From Squalus acanthias (Eukaryota), in the NCBI GenBank assembly GCA_030390025.1, contig CM059432.1, forward strand, positions 30,568,001-30,632,000: a DNA stretch of 64,000 nt, read 5' to 3'. The position numbers were made by a program, and so were the translations under genes. Of this stretch, positions 61,673 to 64,000 are shown piece by piece; within the stretch, counting starts at the first letter, position 1, and every line of letters begins with the position of its first letter. The notes beneath the pieces were generated by a model. It worked only from the letters and a program-made list of their open reading frames with translations, was not told the origin of the DNA and ran no database searches.

Positions 61673-63064
61673 TCTTTACCTATTTTGTTTAATACCCTGG
61701 GGTGGGAACCATCAGGACCTGGAAATTTGTCTATCTTAAGTCTCACTATTTTCTCCATTACTATCTTTTTACTTATACTAAATTAACTAAGTTGTTGTTC
61801 TTGATTTATTTGTAGGTTCCATTGTGCTGCTGGTATCTGTCCTCTTTGTCCATTGTGAAAATAGATACAGTATTCATTAAACAAACCTATCACTTCCTTA
61901 TTGTCCATTAGTCTTTTATGCAGCTGTCTTTAATGGACCTACATTCCACATTCCCCTTTCCCTTAATATATTGATAAAAATTGTTGCTAATAGCTTTGAT
62001 ATCCCTTGCAAGTTTTTTCATATTCCTTTCTACATCTCTTATTACTTTCTTTGTATCCCTTTATTGCTTTTCAAAGCTCTCCCAGTCCACTGGATTTCTA
62101 CTTTTCCTTGCATTCGTGCCTTATCGATATCCCTTTCCAGTTCTCTTTGGTCTTCTACATTCACTGCATTTCCTCCATTTACCATGTCTGTTGCCTTCTC
62201 AAAGAATTCTATTTGGTTTGAAAGCATAATTGTCCCTTTTGAACTCCGTCCTGGTTACTTCTAATTATTTTCTCTTTATCTAGTTATCAATATTGACCCT
62301 CTGCCTATTTTCTTAACTTTTCTATTCCTCCTAAATATAGTATATCTCCATATGTTCACTTTCTGCTCTTATCCAGTTTGCAGCCAGATTTCTTTATTGC
62401 TATTTAGTCTAGATCTTCCTGTAAAATAATTGCTTTCAGTCCCCCAGTTTATTCTCCACACTCTGTGCATTGCAATAATTGCACTTTAACTATCTACTAC
62501 CTTTCCCATGATTTCTTTTTGTCTGAACCAATCTATTTGATTTCATCCATTTGCTCCATATCTCTTTTGCTAAATATGTTCTGCATTATTATTATGCTCA
62601 TCTATTTCTCCCTTCACCATTAACTAATCCTGGTTAGTTTTATTTTCCTACCCTCCCATCCCCCATCTCCCACAATCACTACCCTGTTTAACCACTTTGT
62701 CAGCATATTAGCTTCCGTCTGATCAGATGTAGCTCGTCTTTGCGTAATAGCTCCCCTCTGTCCCAGAACTTGTGCCGATGCCCAACAAAGTGGAATCCCT
62801 TTTCCTGACACCACACCTTTAGCCATGCATTGATTTCCCTCATCTTCCTGTCCATCCCAGCATGGCTGGGTAAGTAATTCTGAGATTATCACCATGAAGG
62901 CCTGCTTCCTGATCTCCTAAATTCATCTTTCAAGTTTTTAGACCTTTCTTTACCTAACTTGTTACCTCCCAGGTGGACCATGATGACTGGTTGCTCTCCC
63001 TCCCCTTGCACAATTCTTTCCAGTGTACGCGATGTGTCCCTTACCCTAGCACCTAGGAAGTAAC

Positions 63065-64000
63065 TTTTTTTTTATTTGTTCATGGGATGTGGGTGTCGCT
63101 GGCAAGCCCAGCATTTATTGCCCATCCCTAGTTGCCCTTCAGAAGGTGGTGGGGAACCGCCACCTTGAACTGCTGCAGTCTGTGTGGTGAAGGTACTACT
63201 ATAGTACTGTTAGGGAGAGAGTCCCAGGATTTTGACCCAGTGACTATGAAGGAACGGCGATATACGTCCAAGTCAGGATGGTGTGTGACTTGGAGGGGAA
63301 CTTCCAGATGATGGTATTCCCATGCACCTGCTGCCCTTGTCCTTCTAGGTGGTAGAGGTCGCTGGTTTGGGATGTGCCGAAAAGCCTTGGTGAGTTGCTG
63401 CAGTGCATCTTGTAGATGGTACACACTGCAGCCATGGTACGCCGGTGGTGGAGGGAGTGAATGTTTAAGGTGGTGGATGGGGTGCCAATCAAGCAGGCTG
63501 CTTTGTCTTGGATGGTGTCGAGCTTCTTGAGTGTTGTTGGAACTGCACTCATCCAGGCAAATGGAGAGTATTTCATCACATTCCTGACTTGTGCCTTGTA
63601 AATGGTGGAAAGGCTTTGGGGAGTCAGGAGGTGAGACACTTGCCACAGAATACCCAGCCTCTGACCTGCTCTTGTTGCCACAGTATTTATGTGCCTGGTC
63701 CAGTTAAGTTTCTGGCCAATGGTGACCCCCACCCAGGATGTTGATGGTGGGGGATTCAGCGATGGTAAAGCCGTTGAATGTCAAGGGGCAGTGGTTAGAC
63801 GCTCGCTTGTTGGAGATAGTCATTGCCTGGCCCTTGTGTGGCGTGAATGTTACCTGCCACTTATTAGCCCAAGCTTGAATGTTGTCCAGGTCTTGCTGCA
63901 TGCAGGCATGGACTGCTTCATTATCTGAGGAGTTGTGAATGGCACTGAACATTGTGCAATCATCAGCAAACATCCCCACTTCTGACCTTATGATGGAGGG
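63065..64000 (-). mobile_element. CR1-group LINE (family of 22905-25225), runs off window
   Basis: FADDCT...IYKAQVR...SLHHRR, same 3' tail. Confidence 0.85.

Overview
Repeat-saturated vertebrate genomic DNA, most likely from a shark or other elasmobranch. That call rests on the HE1/V-SINE-like and Deu-domain SINEs, the CR1, L2 and RTE LINEs, and the Penelope-like elements. I could not confidently identify any host gene. Main structures: (1) A two-gene PIF/Harbinger transposon (3637-12336, TSD CAT) with a spliced Myb/SANT-like gene on + and a HARBI1-type DDE transposase on -. Its left end plus 289 bp of flank is duplicated in inverted orientation, forming a ~1.57-kb palindrome reminiscent of maize Mu killer. 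The transposase is split by a tandem pair of long LTRs, one of which carries a MITE of the same Harbinger family. (2) A very young, intact Gypsy element (50327-54746; identical 183-bp LTRs, TSD GTCAC, one 1318-aa ORF). It lacks a tRNA PBS but has a 12-nt PBS complementary to its own LTR (self-priming signature) and a YLDN RT motif. (3) A related 1.66-kb solo LTR. (4) A Penelope element inside a near-full-length CR1. (5) Several hammerhead-ribozyme repeats, including a circularly permuted, TSD-flanked retrozyme-like monomer. (6) An RTE insertion with a twin-priming-type 5' inversion. Boundaries of old repeat fragments are approximate.
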